Assembly (NCBI GenBank): GCA_001938485.1
Contig: MQRK01203540.1
Location: 18,914 to 73,171 of the forward strand
Length of the DNA stretch: 54,258 nt
Reading direction: 5' to 3'
Source of the DNA: Girardia tigrina
Taxonomy: Eukaryota
The position numbers were made by a program, and so were the translations under genes. The notes under the pieces were generated by a model. The model saw nothing but the letters and a program-made list of their open reading frames with translations, made no database searches and had not been told where the DNA came from. Shown here piece after piece: positions 25,176 through 37,633 of the stretch (position 1 is its first letter; every line of letters begins with the position of its first letter).

Positions 25176-25514
25176 ATGAAACAGTCGACTTTTTTAATTG
25201 ACGATTTGATCCAAGACAAGTACCACAGCGTCATGACCCCCCTGTTACCCCCGTTGCAAAGTGCATTCGGGAATCATATAAAATCCAACAATTGGCCGAA
25301 TCAAGAGTATTTGTTGGATAAAAATTCCGGAAAATTATCCTCGCCGATTTCCAGCGGATTCAATAGTAAAACGAGTTTTACTTCCGTATCGGAAACTGCG
25401 GAAAAATTAGTGAAAGTGTTCTCATGTCCCGATTGCGGGAAAACGTTCAATGCTCACTACAACCTCACCCGACATATGCCCGTCCATACGGGCGCCAGAC
25501 CCTTCATTTGTAAA
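25176..25514 (+). CDS. fezf: Fez-family zinc finger transcription factor, coding exon 1 (113 codons)
   Basis: eh1-like FLIDDLI at aa 6-12; ZF1 [27 protein letters not shown] is the Fezf/earmuff signature; phase-0 donor AAA|GTAAAT at 25515. Confidence 0.96.
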
Positions 25515-26313
25515 GTAAATAATTATTAATTAATTGAATTAAAATATTTTTTTATAATTTTAATCTTTTTTTCTGTTGACGATTTTTAGTAGTCGTGTTC
25601 GGTTGACGATATTTAATAAATAATAAAATATTTTTTTGATTAAATTTTGGGCCAAAAATATGAGCGCCCTCCGTAAATGCGATTTTTAGGTTCGGTAGAT
25701 GAAATTAGATGACTAGAGGGGTTTGAGTCTTCTTATTACATAGCACCAAAAATAGGCAGCCGCGACCCACTAGTCGTCCGCGAACACTTTTCCCCTTTAA
25801 AATTTAAGAGGAAAAAAACGTTGGTTTTTTATTTTCGTTAGGAATTTTTTCAGGCATTGATTTTCATCTCCTTCAATCATCTCCATCATCGAACATCCTC
25901 CAAACACTGGATGGAATAATAACAAGCTAAACAATGAAGGCCTTTCAAACAATCAATTCCGTTTTCAAAGGGGTACTTTTCCACATGTACCAGTCAATTA
26001 ACACCCCAAAGGCTTTTGTTTTATATAAATAAAATACAATTCCAAGCTGGATTCTCTTGAGATTTGTTCTTATGAATTTTTCAATTATTGTCTGATTAAA
26101 TGCAATTCTATACTAATGTAACCCCAACAAAAGATGACTCCAGTTTTTCGACGCACGATTATCATTTTACTCTTTTACACAAAGAAAATGGAAATATTTC
26201 CTGTTTAAAATAAAAGTTTTCTTTTTTTTCCCAAATCAATCCTCAATTGCTATTATATTTTTAAAAATTATTTTTAATTAATATTTTATTTTTCATTGAA
26301 TTCTTAATTGAAG

Positions 26314-27150
26314 GTCTGTGGAAAGGGGTTTCGCCAAGCCAGCACCCTTTGTCGACACAAAATCATCCATACATCGGAGCGACCGCATATTTGCAAAACG
26401 TGCGGAAAGTCATTTAATCGCAGCTCGACTCTCAATACTCACATGAGAATCCATCAGGGGTACAAGCCATACAAGTGTGAAATATGCGGCAAAGGGTTCC
26501 ATCAAAAAGGAAACTATAAAAACCATAAATTGACGCATAATATAGAAAAACAATTCAAATGTCCGATTTGTACAAAAGCGTTTCATCAGATTTACAATTT
26601 AACGTTTCATATGCATACTCATACGGACAAGAAGCCGTACGTCTGTCAGCACTGTTCGAAAGGGTTCTGTCGAAATTTCGATTTGAAGAAGCATATTCGT
26701 AAACTTCACGCTAATGAAAAGATGATCAGTTCGTTGAATTTGACCGGGTCGGTTTGCCTGAAAACCATCGACTCCCATCATAACGATTATATATCTCCCG
26801 GGTCCGAGCTTTCGCCCAAATATTCTCCCAATTTATCCGTATTTCGAGATTTTCATTTACCGTTCTCATTTAACAATCGGTATTTCTATCATCATTCCTC
26901 GCCGACCTATTCGTCAGTGGGGGTCTACTTGTCCCAGTTGTCACCCTTTAACAATAAATGCTTACCAAACCCTTTGACCATGATTCAGAAACTTATTACG
27001 TCAAGTAAACAGAACCATTCCATTCATGATCCGATGAATATTCAGAATTTCCATAAAATTTTACCACATATTCAATCATTTTATCAATTACCCTTCTTGA
27101 ATCAGTTTAAAGAAGACAACCTCATGATGAACAAACTGGAGCATCTCTAG
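26314..27150 (+). CDS. fezf: Fez-family zinc finger transcription factor, coding exon 2 (spliced protein 391 aa)
   Basis: Acceptor AAG|GTC; [60 protein letters not shown] complete six fingers. Confidence 0.96.
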   Translation, partial: VCGKGFRQASTLCRHKIIHTSERPHICKTCGKSFNRSSTLNTHMRIHQGYKPYKCEICGKGFHQKGNYKNHKLTHNIEKQFKCPICTKAFHQIYNLTFHMHTHTDKKPYVCQHCSKGFCRNFDLKKHIRKLHANEKMISSLNLTGSVCLKTIDSHHNDYISPGSELSPKYSPNLSVFRDFHLPFSFNNRYFYHHSSPTYSSVGVYLSQLSPFNNKCLPNPLTMIQKLITSSKQNHSIHDPMNIQNFHKILPHIQSFYQLPFLNQFKEDNLMMNKLEHL

Positions 27151-29576
27151 ATGATTATATATAGAATATGTACTTCTTCACTTGTATTATATGAGCCCTC
27201 TGTGTATATTGTATATGAATGAAATACATTTATTATCACTTATTTATCACTTTTACTTTCATTTGATAATCATTTTTTAGGGTAAAATTAGCAAGATACA
27301 ATCTTATACACTTTTGGAGACTAAATCGAATATTTAATAAGGATAATGATAATAATAAACTTCACAAAATCTGTCAATTTAACATACTTTATATCAATAA
27401 GGTTATAAAATTTATTGGAAGAATATGGGTGGGTATAAAGGGTAGCGGATGGGATCGAATCTCCATCACCTTTCATCTGAAAAGGAAACACCTCAGAACG
27501 TATTAAAAATGAACTCAAATATAAGGACAATATTCCAAAAAAAAGAATTTTAGTGGGATTAATTTTCATGTCAAAGATGGAGAAACAGAAGATCTTGAGT
27601 CCAAGCAAAGACAAGTTATTCGACAAATGTCTAATAGATATATTACACAAATTCGAGAAGTCTTGGTTTATTCACATCGAGTACATACCAAGACTGAGAA
27701 GGAATTATAAAATTTTCAAATATTTTTTGTTTATTCAAAACCTTGAAAAGAAAGAATCAAAAGTTGTAAGATTTAGGTTTTTTTGGATCTTTACCAAAAC
27801 AACATTTACACTGCTATTGGGAATGTTTGGAATGTTTGATTTTTTTCTTTGAATGTTGAGTGTCGATTTGGAATTGTCTCTCTCCTACCCGGACGGATAA
27901 TTAACCCTTTCGGGAGTGGCTTTTTTAAAAAACTTTTTAATTTGTTTTTCATATAAAATATACATTAAAAATCTTTAATTGTGTGGTGTTCTTTAAAGCA
28001 AGGGTTTATAAATAATCATATTCTATACATATACATATGCATAATCATACATAATTATATTTTGGTAAGGATAATAAGAAAGAAATAATGTATAAAGTCT
28101 ACTTGAAATGAACAATAGGTATGGGAAGCTTGAATGAGGAAAAATGAAACTTTGAGGATAAAGAGACGGAAGAATGAAACGAAGAAAATAGCTAATAACT
28201 AACAGTAGACCAATAGAACAAATTGATGAGTAATATGTGACCTTATTGATGAGTAATGTCAAATATTTGCTATTTTAGATGAATAAATCAAGATAAGATA
28301 AGAAAGAAGCTCGCGAAGGTGCAGGACACTTATATGAGTCGCCGGTCCCGAAATGGCTAATATTTTGATTCTTTTTATCTGAAACTTATTTAATTTAAAT
28401 TTAGACTTTTAAAAAATTTTAAATGGTTGTAAAATTTGAATGATTTAATTAATTTTATTTAAAATTTTTGAATAAATAAATCAAATTAATATTGTTTAAA
28501 TAATTAATTTTAATGAATGAAATTCGTAGTAAATAATTTAAAAGGATCTTTAAGTGTCAAATTTGTTTAGATGATGTGAAAAAAATATTTATATTTTTGA
28601 ACGATGTCTTTCACAGAAAGCTCTATTAGTGTCCCATGGATGATCCAAATTGCATTTCTAATAAAAGTTGAGTTATCTTAAATTCCCAATGACTTTTCGG
28701 TTCTGAACTTCAAATGGTCAAGGACGCGTCATACCACAATTGTTATACAACCACCGGGAAGGATTTTTTTTCTTTTTCTCAGTAATTTACAAATCTTAAT
28801 ATTTGATTACTTCAGAGTCAACTGTATGATCCCATAGTCAAACGAACATTACTCATTAAATCAAGTATGTCCAAGTACTAAAAATACACTGGCGTACCAA
28901 GAAAAATATTTTTAAGTGTTATGTGTTTGAAAAAATATACACAGAGGAAGTTCTATTCAGAATAAACGAAAAAGTACAAATATGAACTGATTGTCTTTAA
29001 AGTTTATATTAAATGAAGAAAATATTTGAAATAAAACAATGCTCACAAGGTCCATCTTTCAAATCACAGAGACTGAAAACCTTCCAAACCTAATTTTTCG
29101 TCCTACGGACAATTTTATGATATCGAGGAAGATGAAATGTTTACAGAAATTAAAGGTTTAAACGTTATCTTCAAGTGATCATATTTGAAAAGAAAGGAGC
29201 TAAACCGTTGTCGTTTTGTTGTCGGTCGATTTCTGCTACTCGATTGATTGATATCAAATCGTGGTGTCCGCACCGTTCCGATTGGCCGACGACAGAGGCC
29301 GCACCTCTGCACTCGACGGCTGTGATAGATGGATGAATCACTTGATTAAATCCCAACAATCGGCACCCAAATCGAACGTCGATTTGGTAAGATCGGTGGA
29401 TCGTCGAGCGTCACCCACTCCGATTGACAGAGGCAGTGCCCACCTCTTTAAAGACCGAGCCCACGGTGACATGCCACACAACGTCTAGGCGTTTTTTTCG
29501 AGGTAAGACGGTAGCGTCAAGGAATGNNNNNNNNNNNNNNNNNNNNNNNNNNNNNNNNNNNNNNNNNNNNNNNNNN

Positions 29577-29936
29577 AGAGAGAAACACTCGAAAAAATTG
29601 ACTTCGATGATGTTATCGATCAGTTTTCAGCAGTGAAGGCCAGGAAAATAAATCTTTTGTAAAACGTATAACTTCTAATGCAAAGTACCGTAATTATAAC
29701 TTCTTAAGATGACATGCTTAATTATTTGGAGGTAATTTTCTAAATAATAATGTTGCCTCGGCATTACTTCTACTATAGCAATTTAATTGTAATAGTTTAA
29801 CAGTTATATTATTTTGACTGATAATGATTTTGTTTCGTTCGCGATTAAGGTATATATTTGCACGATCGATAGAGTCGGGGGGGGCGCAAATTTTGGTGTC
29901 TTGCCCCGGGCGCCAAATATCCTCGCTACGCCACTG
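29577..29936 (+). mobile_element. 3' end of a hAT transposon next to an assembly gap
   Basis: RETLEKIDFDDVIDQFSAVKARKINLL* matches the hAT C-terminal dimerisation motif; right TIR GCTACGCCACTG ends 29936. Confidence 0.85.
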
Positions 29937-31025
29937 GCGTCACCCACTCCGATTGACAGAGGCAGTGCCCACCTCTTTAAAGACCGAGCCCACGGTGACA
30001 TGCCACACAACGTCTAGGCGTTTTTTTCGAGGTAAGACGGTAGCGTCAAGGAATGTTTCAATTTTTCTTTTAAGAGAAGTTTTTCTAAATAAAAATTAAT
30101 TAAAAAACTATCGTCATTCGACAATGAACAAAAGTCAATTGAAATTTCCAATGCAAAAACATTAATGAGACTTAAAAAACGTGTTCCGAAAGCCCGCGAA
30201 AATCGCTTTTAGTTTGTTTTTTGGTGGTAAAAGTTACGAATAAATTTATTAAATATTAATGATGCGTTTTTAAAACATATTCTTGTATTTCAAATTTTTG
30301 GTTTCCAATAATGTCCATTAAACAAACATTAATTATATATACTTATAGACAATTTAAATGAGGATGATCCATCTTAAGCAGCCTCTGGGAAACGTCGGAC
30401 CCCTTCATCAATGGTTTTCGCTATGTCTCTGTTAGAACTTGTCTTAAAACCATTGAAGTCATATTCATGCTTAAAATTTAAAAATGTGAAAGTTCTTTTT
30501 CATATTTTAAATTTCATACACAGTGGCGTAGGAAAAGTGTTTTGGGGGATATGGCTTTAATTTTCTGAATGAATACTCACTTATTTCAATGGCGGCAGGA
30601 CAATGGTTCAATTTTTAAATTATCTTTGGGAGATTAAACACATTAAGGAAAATAGGAGAAAGTTGCGGGAACTCGCGGGGTGGCGACTACTTCCGTGGTA
30701 TAAAAACCACTTGCAAAACGTTTTAATTTTCAAAGTCATAGTGAAGTGCACTTAAAAAAGCTAAATACTCAAATTAAATATTCAAACATATAAAATACTT
30801 CATATGTATAAAAAAGAATATTTTCACTTCGATTTTCATTTATTTATTGTTTTACTTAATGTTTTATTTAATGTTTTTAACGTTTTAATGATTTTATATT
30901 AACTTATTTATATATTTATTTATTTTTATTTAAACTTATTGATTTGGCAAATCTTGCGTCGACATGTCTCATCTTACTGTTAGATTTGTTGGACCATCCT
31001 GACATAAGATCCATATTTTATTATA

Positions 31026-32748
31026 CAGTCAACTCCGCATATCTCAAAATCGCTTATATCAAATTATCGCCTATTTCAATTTTTTTTCAATACTGGTTTA
31101 TTGAAATTAAGTTTCAATAAATAAAGTTTCAATTTTAATACTGTTTATCTCAAAGTCTTTCATCTCAAAATATTGTTTATCTCAAATCGTTTATTTATGC
31201 CCAAACACAAATAAATCGTTTATCTCAAATTTTAATTTTTTTATATGCTGGTTTTGTAAACAAATAAATGTTATAAAATGTTTTTTAAAAATGTTAATTA
31301 AATATATTAAATATCGTTAATTAAATATTTTTTTGTTTAAATAATATTTAATTACTGGTAAATATTTTACATTTTTAATATATCTGAGGGAATACAGAAG
31401 AAGAGTCATTACATCTAATATGACTACCAAACATAAGCTGCACTGCAAGATGATTGCTGAGAAAGTGAAAATTTTGGAATATCTATTAAATAATTCTCAT
31501 GTAAGACAAAAGGTTATTGCTTCTCATTTTGGCATAAATGCTGATAATCTTTATGATTGGTTAAAGAAGAAAGACGAAATTTTATCAAAATCCCAAATCC
31601 AATCTTTACAATGTAAGATAAAGTTCGTCCAATAAGCTTTCCAAACTCTGACAAGGCCTTACTTATGTGGTTAAGAGAAATCTATACCTCTTGGATTGAA
31701 CGTTTCAAACAAAGTCATGGAAGCTAATACTCAGAGGTGATGAAACATGGCGAAGCCACCTCTGTGGATGTGACAGCTTTGGAGCGACTGTCAGTCTTTG
31801 TTGGAGCTAATATGAATGGACGTGACAAGTTTCATTTACTCATCATATGAAAATTTAAAATCCCACGTGCTTCTTAAGGTTTAAAGAAACTTTCTGTTCT
31901 TCATAAGTACAATTTAAAACCGTGGATGACCAACTGAATTTTTCTTAGAATATGTGCAACAAGTAGACAAGCATTTTGGCAGCAAGGTCGCAAAATAGAA
32001 TGGCTGATTAATAATTGCTCCGCTCATCCTCACGAGGAAATGAAGTTATTGAAAAATATCACAGTGTTCTTTTTACTCCCAAAAACGACATCCATGACTC
32101 AACCGATGGATGCAGGCATAATTCAGAATGTAAAGATTCATTGTCGCCGACATCGTCAACAGCATTCAAAACAAGAGGGAAAATGTAACTGAATCAAGTG
32201 ACAGAGTCAGGTTCTGATCGTATAATGATGAAATTGTCGATCAGAGTAAAAGCAATTAATCATCTGAAACTTTTTTGTATTTCAACAGGCCGAATCCAAC
32301 AAAATTCTTGATCATATTAGTGCCATTAAAGACTGGATCTTTAGTCAAAAGTCCAAAGAAGGGTATCAATAGAAGTATCAATAGAGTATTAATACTAATT
32401 TTAGAATGTCATTGTTCTATGGTATCTTGCTTTTCTGTTAATTTGCCATATTTGTAACATTTACCGTAACATTTACCTAGGATTACCGAGAAAAAATAGT
32501 TATGGACAATTTTTCCACGCTTGGTAATCATAGGGTTTATAGTTAAACTTCAGTATTTAGATTTTTAAGTTGAATATTAATATAACTGAAATTTGAAATA
32601 TAAATTAAAGACAAAAAAGGATACTGATAAATATTTGTAACAATAAACTTTAAAATGTGTGAATTTGTTCGAAATCGTTTGTCTCAAATTTCGCATATCT
32701 CAATTTTTTTCATGGTCTCCAAGAATTTGAGATATGCGTAGTTGACTG
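31026..32748 (+). mobile_element. pogo/Tigger element with both ends and a decayed transposase
   Basis: TA TSDs; 23-bp TIR CAGTCAACTCCGCATATCTCAAA (one mismatch); TATCTCAAA subterminal repeats; NCSAHP and LLPKTTSMTQPMDAGIIQN motifs. Confidence 0.93.
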
Positions 32749-32763
32749 TATTACACGTTATAC

Positions 32764-32847
32764 AGGGATCATCTATGCTGTCAGTAGGCATACTTCTATG
32801 TAGTATCCCTGAGAAACTAGAGATCTCGGTCTCTAGGCTAAAGTACC
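32764..32847 (+). ncRNA. HDV-like ribozyme (partly degenerate) at the 5' end of the insert
   Basis: P1 AGGGAT/ATCCCT, P2 GGCAT/GTACC, P3 ACT/AGT, L3 TCTATGT, P4 CTAGAGAT-CTCG-GTCTCTAG, J4/2 GCTAAA. Confidence 0.7.
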
Positions 32848-33171
32848 CAAGAGCTAGCCGATTATTGCTGAACAGCCGGCAATGTATCGTATTCAGGAAT
32901 GGGCCAGCAATCCATTCACTAGGCTACGCTTTATAATCTTGGTGTGAAGGCTGTGGGGAGTAGTGACCCCGCTGTCGGTGGTAGGATTGCATCTTCATGA
33001 TCTGGGATGAATGAATCCCGGTGAAGGGTGTTGTAATGACGTCGTTGCATTTTCGAACAGGCGGAACTAAGGCATGGATCCCAACATTGGGGGAGTGCCC
33101 GTTGAGAACCACCAGCGTCCCAGGCCTCCTAAAAAGCCTCAGGCTTAATACCGTTAAATGAGTAGAGGTGC
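32764..33171 (+). mobile_element. Non-coding RTE-5'UTR-like retroposon, 408 bp, with 11-bp TSD
   Basis: ACACGTTATAC at 32753-32763 and 33172-33182; GC-rich body with GGGGAGTAGTGACCCCGCTGTCGGTGG reminiscent of RTE 5' UTRs. Confidence 0.75.
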
Positions 33172-33340
33172 ACACGTTATACTAATAATTGTTGAAACAT
33201 AAATATTTAAACAAACCTATTTTTCGAGAAACAATTTGTTTTATAAATGTTAAACTGTTATGAAAAATACTTATAACATTAATATTTGATTTTATTTTCA
33301 TTTAATAAATTAGATTTATACCTTTAAATTTTTATTACTA

Positions 33341-33569
33341 TTAGGTTGAGGAATAAGTTCTCGCCATTTTTTGAATTTGGTTGGCTGAATTCTTCGANNN
33401 NNNNNNNNNNGATTTCTACCAAAGAGGCATTGAAAAACTCGTTGAACATTTGGAAGAAGTCGTGAACAATGGCGGAGATTATATTTGTGATTAATTTGTA
33501 GTAACTTTTTTGTTAAAAAATAAAATTTTAATTTTTCAAAAAACGGCGGGAACTTATTCCTCAACCCAA
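33341..33569 (+). mobile_element. mariner element ends flanking an N gap
   Basis: TA-flanked TIRs TT(A/G)GGTTGAGGAATAAGTTC; C-terminal FYQRGIEKLVEHLEEVVNNGGDY. Confidence 0.85.
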
Positions 33570-33806
33570 TACTTTTAATAAATATTATAAAATTTTCGAT
33601 TTCCTTATTCATTTACAAAGATCCAGAATTTCTGTGCCCTCTGAAAGGTATACGGATTCTATAATTTAGTAAAAGGTTATTAATTTTATCATTCGGTAAT
33701 TATATTAATATTTCTTTCAAAAGTGAAGGGGAATTTTTCTCTAATCATCCTCCTTGCTTACTCCCCGGCATAGAGATTATGTAAATTATGATTAATAAAG
33801 CATTAA

Positions 33807-34032
33807 CCCCTTACTGCATGACTTTTTCTTAATTCAATAAAAAGATATAATATTAGAAAATAGAAATAAAGAGATACGTATTTTTTTATTTTTTAAACAA
33901 ATGATTTTTTCATGTACATTTGTAGAATATCCAAATAAACAGTTTGGTCCATATTGGCACGCTCTGCAGTTAGGGTAATAAAATTATGAAAAAATATTTT
34001 GGATCATATATGCTCCATTATGCGGTAAGGGG
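33807..34032. mobile_element. piggyBac-type MITE
   Basis: TTAA-CCCCTTACTGCAT ... ATGCGGTAAGGGG-TTGA. Confidence 0.75.
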
Positions 34033-34149
34033 TTGATAAAAGTAAGTTGAGGTTAACGAGACTTTAAATTACATCATATAATGAAACTAATTCTATGAAA
34101 GATACTATTCATTATATCTGATTATTTTAGACCAAGGTTGTAACAAGTG

Positions 34150-34780
34150 TACTCCACAACCAAGGTAGCACATATGGTTGATCTGAGTCATGCGAGTACG
34201 ACACAAGTTACAATTGACAGCTCTTTGAAGTTTGAGTAGTTTGTTGCGCAAGGCTCCATTTCCATATCTGAGATTATTAACTTATTTTCTAGTGAAAGCC
34301 TCCTGTGAGAAAACTGTGGTATTTCTGTTCAGACAGCTTCTCTCCTTCATCTTTCGATATAGAAAAATGCTATAGTTTCTTCTGCCGATAATGCTCCACA
34401 ACTGCCATATGTGAGTATCAGGAATTTAACTTACTTTCATATCACTCAGAATCCGTGTTGTTAGTTTCACCCAAGAATATTGCTAACAGAAAAATAATTG
34501 CTGAAAAATTAATATCCCGGTACCTCTCAGTAATCATCAGCTATTTTGTTCTAATCTCCGTTGAACAGTAGATACGCGGTATAGTAAGAAATTCTCCCAG
34601 AGTTATAAGTTGGGACTCCTTTTCATCACTTCTTTTTAACTTCTGTTTATTTGAATGTGTTTCCACAATACCTTCGAGTGTTTCTGAACTCCTATCATTG
34701 TTCCTACTCGCTCCATGAAGGTGGTCAAAGACAATTTTAATTTCATAAGATAATTTCGTGGTTATTGTAAACAAGAAGAA
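34150..34780 (-). mobile_element. RTE-like non-LTR retrotransposon RT C-terminal remnant
   Basis: CSTEIRT followed by a frameshifted IPxxTYG-like motif; heavily decayed. Confidence 0.5.
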
Positions 34781-35022
34781 AAGACAGAAGCAATATGTAG
34801 AAATTAAGATTCAGTGGAATATTGTCAGAGTAATGTATCATTCATGACAAGACATCTTGAAGCCCTTGTTACTGCAAAAGATGAAGCTTCTAATGCATAA
34901 TACCGTTCAATTCTTTGAAATGAAAAAAATACATATAACCATGCTAAATGAATGACGAGAATGTTATATCCTTGGATGCAATCATAACAAGAAATTGTGT
35001 TTTTATTTTTCTACATCTCATA

Positions 35023-36041
35023 TTTGGTTGTCAAGTGTTAAATCTGTAGGCATGATTACAACAAATCCAAATATTTATAATTCGACAATGATTTAAGATT
35101 TTTTCGCTCTGTTTTTTGTTTGCTTGCTACATATCTTGGCTATTCAACATATCAATAAAAATTAATTAAAATTATTGATAATTTATTTTAATAATCATTA
35201 CTTCAAAAAAATGGAAAAGGCAAAATTTCGAACTATTATGAAGTACGAGATCCTACGTGGAACCTCACTGTCAGAAACCGTTCGAAAACTCAATGGTGTA
35301 TTCAGATACAATGCTAATACGCAACAGACAGTCTCAAATTGGTTCATAAAATTTCTGAAAGGTAATTTTAACCTCAATAATGAGTCTTAGGGTCGCCCAG
35401 GAACGCAGGTAGACAATGATGAATTGAAGATAACAGTGAAGTCGGATGCATCACAAAGTGTTCATGATTTATCGCTAACGTTTACTGTAAGAATGCAAAC
35501 AACATTGATTCACTTGTGGAAAATTGGTTAAGTGAAAAAGTTGGATAAGTGGATTCCACATGAAATGAATGAAAAGCAGAAACAAAAGCGTTTTGATGCT
35601 TTCTTGTTATAAATATGATGAATTTTTAATCGAAAAGTCACTTGTGAGGAAAAGTAAATCCAATGTGATAATCATAAATGTTCAACAAGCTGGGTCGAAA
35701 CGAATAAAGCACCAAAACACAGTAAGCATCACAGTATTACACAACAAACTGCAGGAACTTAAGTTGGAACTTCTGAAATGACTACCATTTCTTCCTCAAT
35801 TTAAACAATTTTTTAATAGGAAAAACATTTCAACTCCGAAGGTTCCTTAAAAATATCCTTTCTGGATTTTATAGATTCTCGTCCATTAAATTTCTAAATA
35901 ACCTCAACAAGCGGCCGCTCAAATGACAAAAGTGTGTCCATAATATAGGCGCATACTTTGAAACGGACATAAATATTTGTATTGGTAAATTATCAAGAAA
36001 CTTTGACCTTAGTTCTACAAATTTCAAACTTGACGATCTAA
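35023..36041 (+). mobile_element. Decayed mariner element
   Basis: MEKAKFRTIMKYE..WF.KF.KGNFNL..GRP..KKLDKWIPHEM; degenerate TA-flanked TIRs sharing GTCAAGT. Confidence 0.88.
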
Positions 36042-37129
36042 TATGTTTTAAAAGTAGTTGAAAATAATATCTTTAATTTTTTTAATAATTGAAGGATCAT
36101 TTAGAATTAATTTACTGAAGATACACAAAAAACATTAAAGAGAGAGTCAGACGGGTACTAATTTACATTTGAATGAAAAACTCAAAGGAACAAAAAGTCT
36201 CAATAAAATTATAAAAGAAAAATATTACAGCAAATAATAATGAAAAATAAAATTAAGCTCATAAATGATTGATCAATTGTTAATAGAAAGAGAATAATCG
36301 GCAAAGCATAATGGGTTTCTGAAATAATTGAGAATGACAGATGATATTGAAGAGGAAGAACGACAAGGAGCGACCACGCTTGGCAGATAGTGACCCACTA
36401 GTGGTAACTGTCGAGGAGTACTTATTTTTAAAATATATTTCCGTTTCTAGCGATCGCATGACGCAGCTACTTGATTGAGAAGTGTCCTGTCTGAAATGTT
36501 AAACATTTTCAGCCAGTAAATGGACATATTGAGCTTGAAAAATCTATCCCAATATTACCGGAAACGAAAGCGTAGTGCACGAAATTGTATTGTTTTTAAT
36601 GACAATTTTTCAGATTTGAAATTTCACGTTGGACAATAATTACAAAAAAATTCATTTGACAAAAGAGAGTTCACTAATTTAACTTATTTTTTCAGGAATA
36701 ATTATATGGATATTTAGTGGCTGCTTCAAAAAACGGGACCAGTCACGCATGGCCGACTTCAATGATGCAGGACATTTCCTATGTTTTATTAATATATGAA
36801 GACGTCAATTGTCGCAATGTCAGTTATATGCAATTTGGTCAAAGTTGATGAATGTCAGATTATTCATCAATAGCAAATTGTTGAAACGTGGGTCTTAAAC
36901 ACCGCTCCTTGTTGAAGGAAAGGAAACATAAATCGAATAGACCCTGACGGTTAACAAATGCAGAAAATTAGAAAAGGCAGTTTTAGAGCTTCTTTAGTCC
37001 TAGGGTAGGGATTGTTCCGCCCGATCATCAGGTCGCCCCGAGAATCGGACGGAGATAGCAGGGTTCACAGGGAAATTCTGTGGATGAATTGCTGGGCCCA
37101 TTTATTGAAAAGTGAATGAAAAATAACAC

Positions 37130-37633
37130 CGGACATGTTTTCGTTTATCGAATTCGATTTGTCGTTAAATCTTTCGAATCTTTCTCAGAATATTTTAATC
37201 ATTTCAGTATAGATTTTCGAATTGATTGATTCACATTTCGCTTTGTAAAAATTAATCTAATTGGAATAATGTTCTCTAAAAGCATTTTGCTTTCTATTTA
37301 AATAATTGTAAGTTTCATCCAACACCGACATTCACTGATCATAAAGAAACACTGTGCCGTTTACTTGATTATTTCTATTCAAATTTTGATCTAAAATCGA
37401 TTTGAGTTTGATAATATCGCTTTCTTTAAATTTATTTTGAGTAGAAATCTCTTCAGATTGACGCTCGAGATCTTTTGTCTTTTTATCTAACTCGATTATT
37501 TTCGCTTTTTTTCATTTCGATATTTCCAATCAATATTTTGACTTCATAACCTAAATCGTGGATTAGTTTGTCTAATTGGAACATTAATATTTGCGATAAA
37601 TATATTATCGATGGATATTTCGAGTTCGTTCAT
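37130..37633 (-). pseudogene. Disabled coiled-coil gene, tentatively SIX6OS1/C14orf39-like
   Basis: Reconstructed MNELEISIDNI..MFQLDKLI..QSEEI..NGT..REHYSN*INFYK with two frameshifts and three in-frame stops; compared with recalled human SIX6OS1 N-terminus. Confidence 0.5.

Noticed and set aside
29408-30055. 119-bp direct repeats as LTRs
   Set aside because: No TG..CA ends, PBS or PPT; better explained by allelic co-assembly around a hAT end.
37005-37040. CTGATGA on the minus strand as a hammerhead core
   Set aside because: No proper stem II-GAAA or closing stem I.
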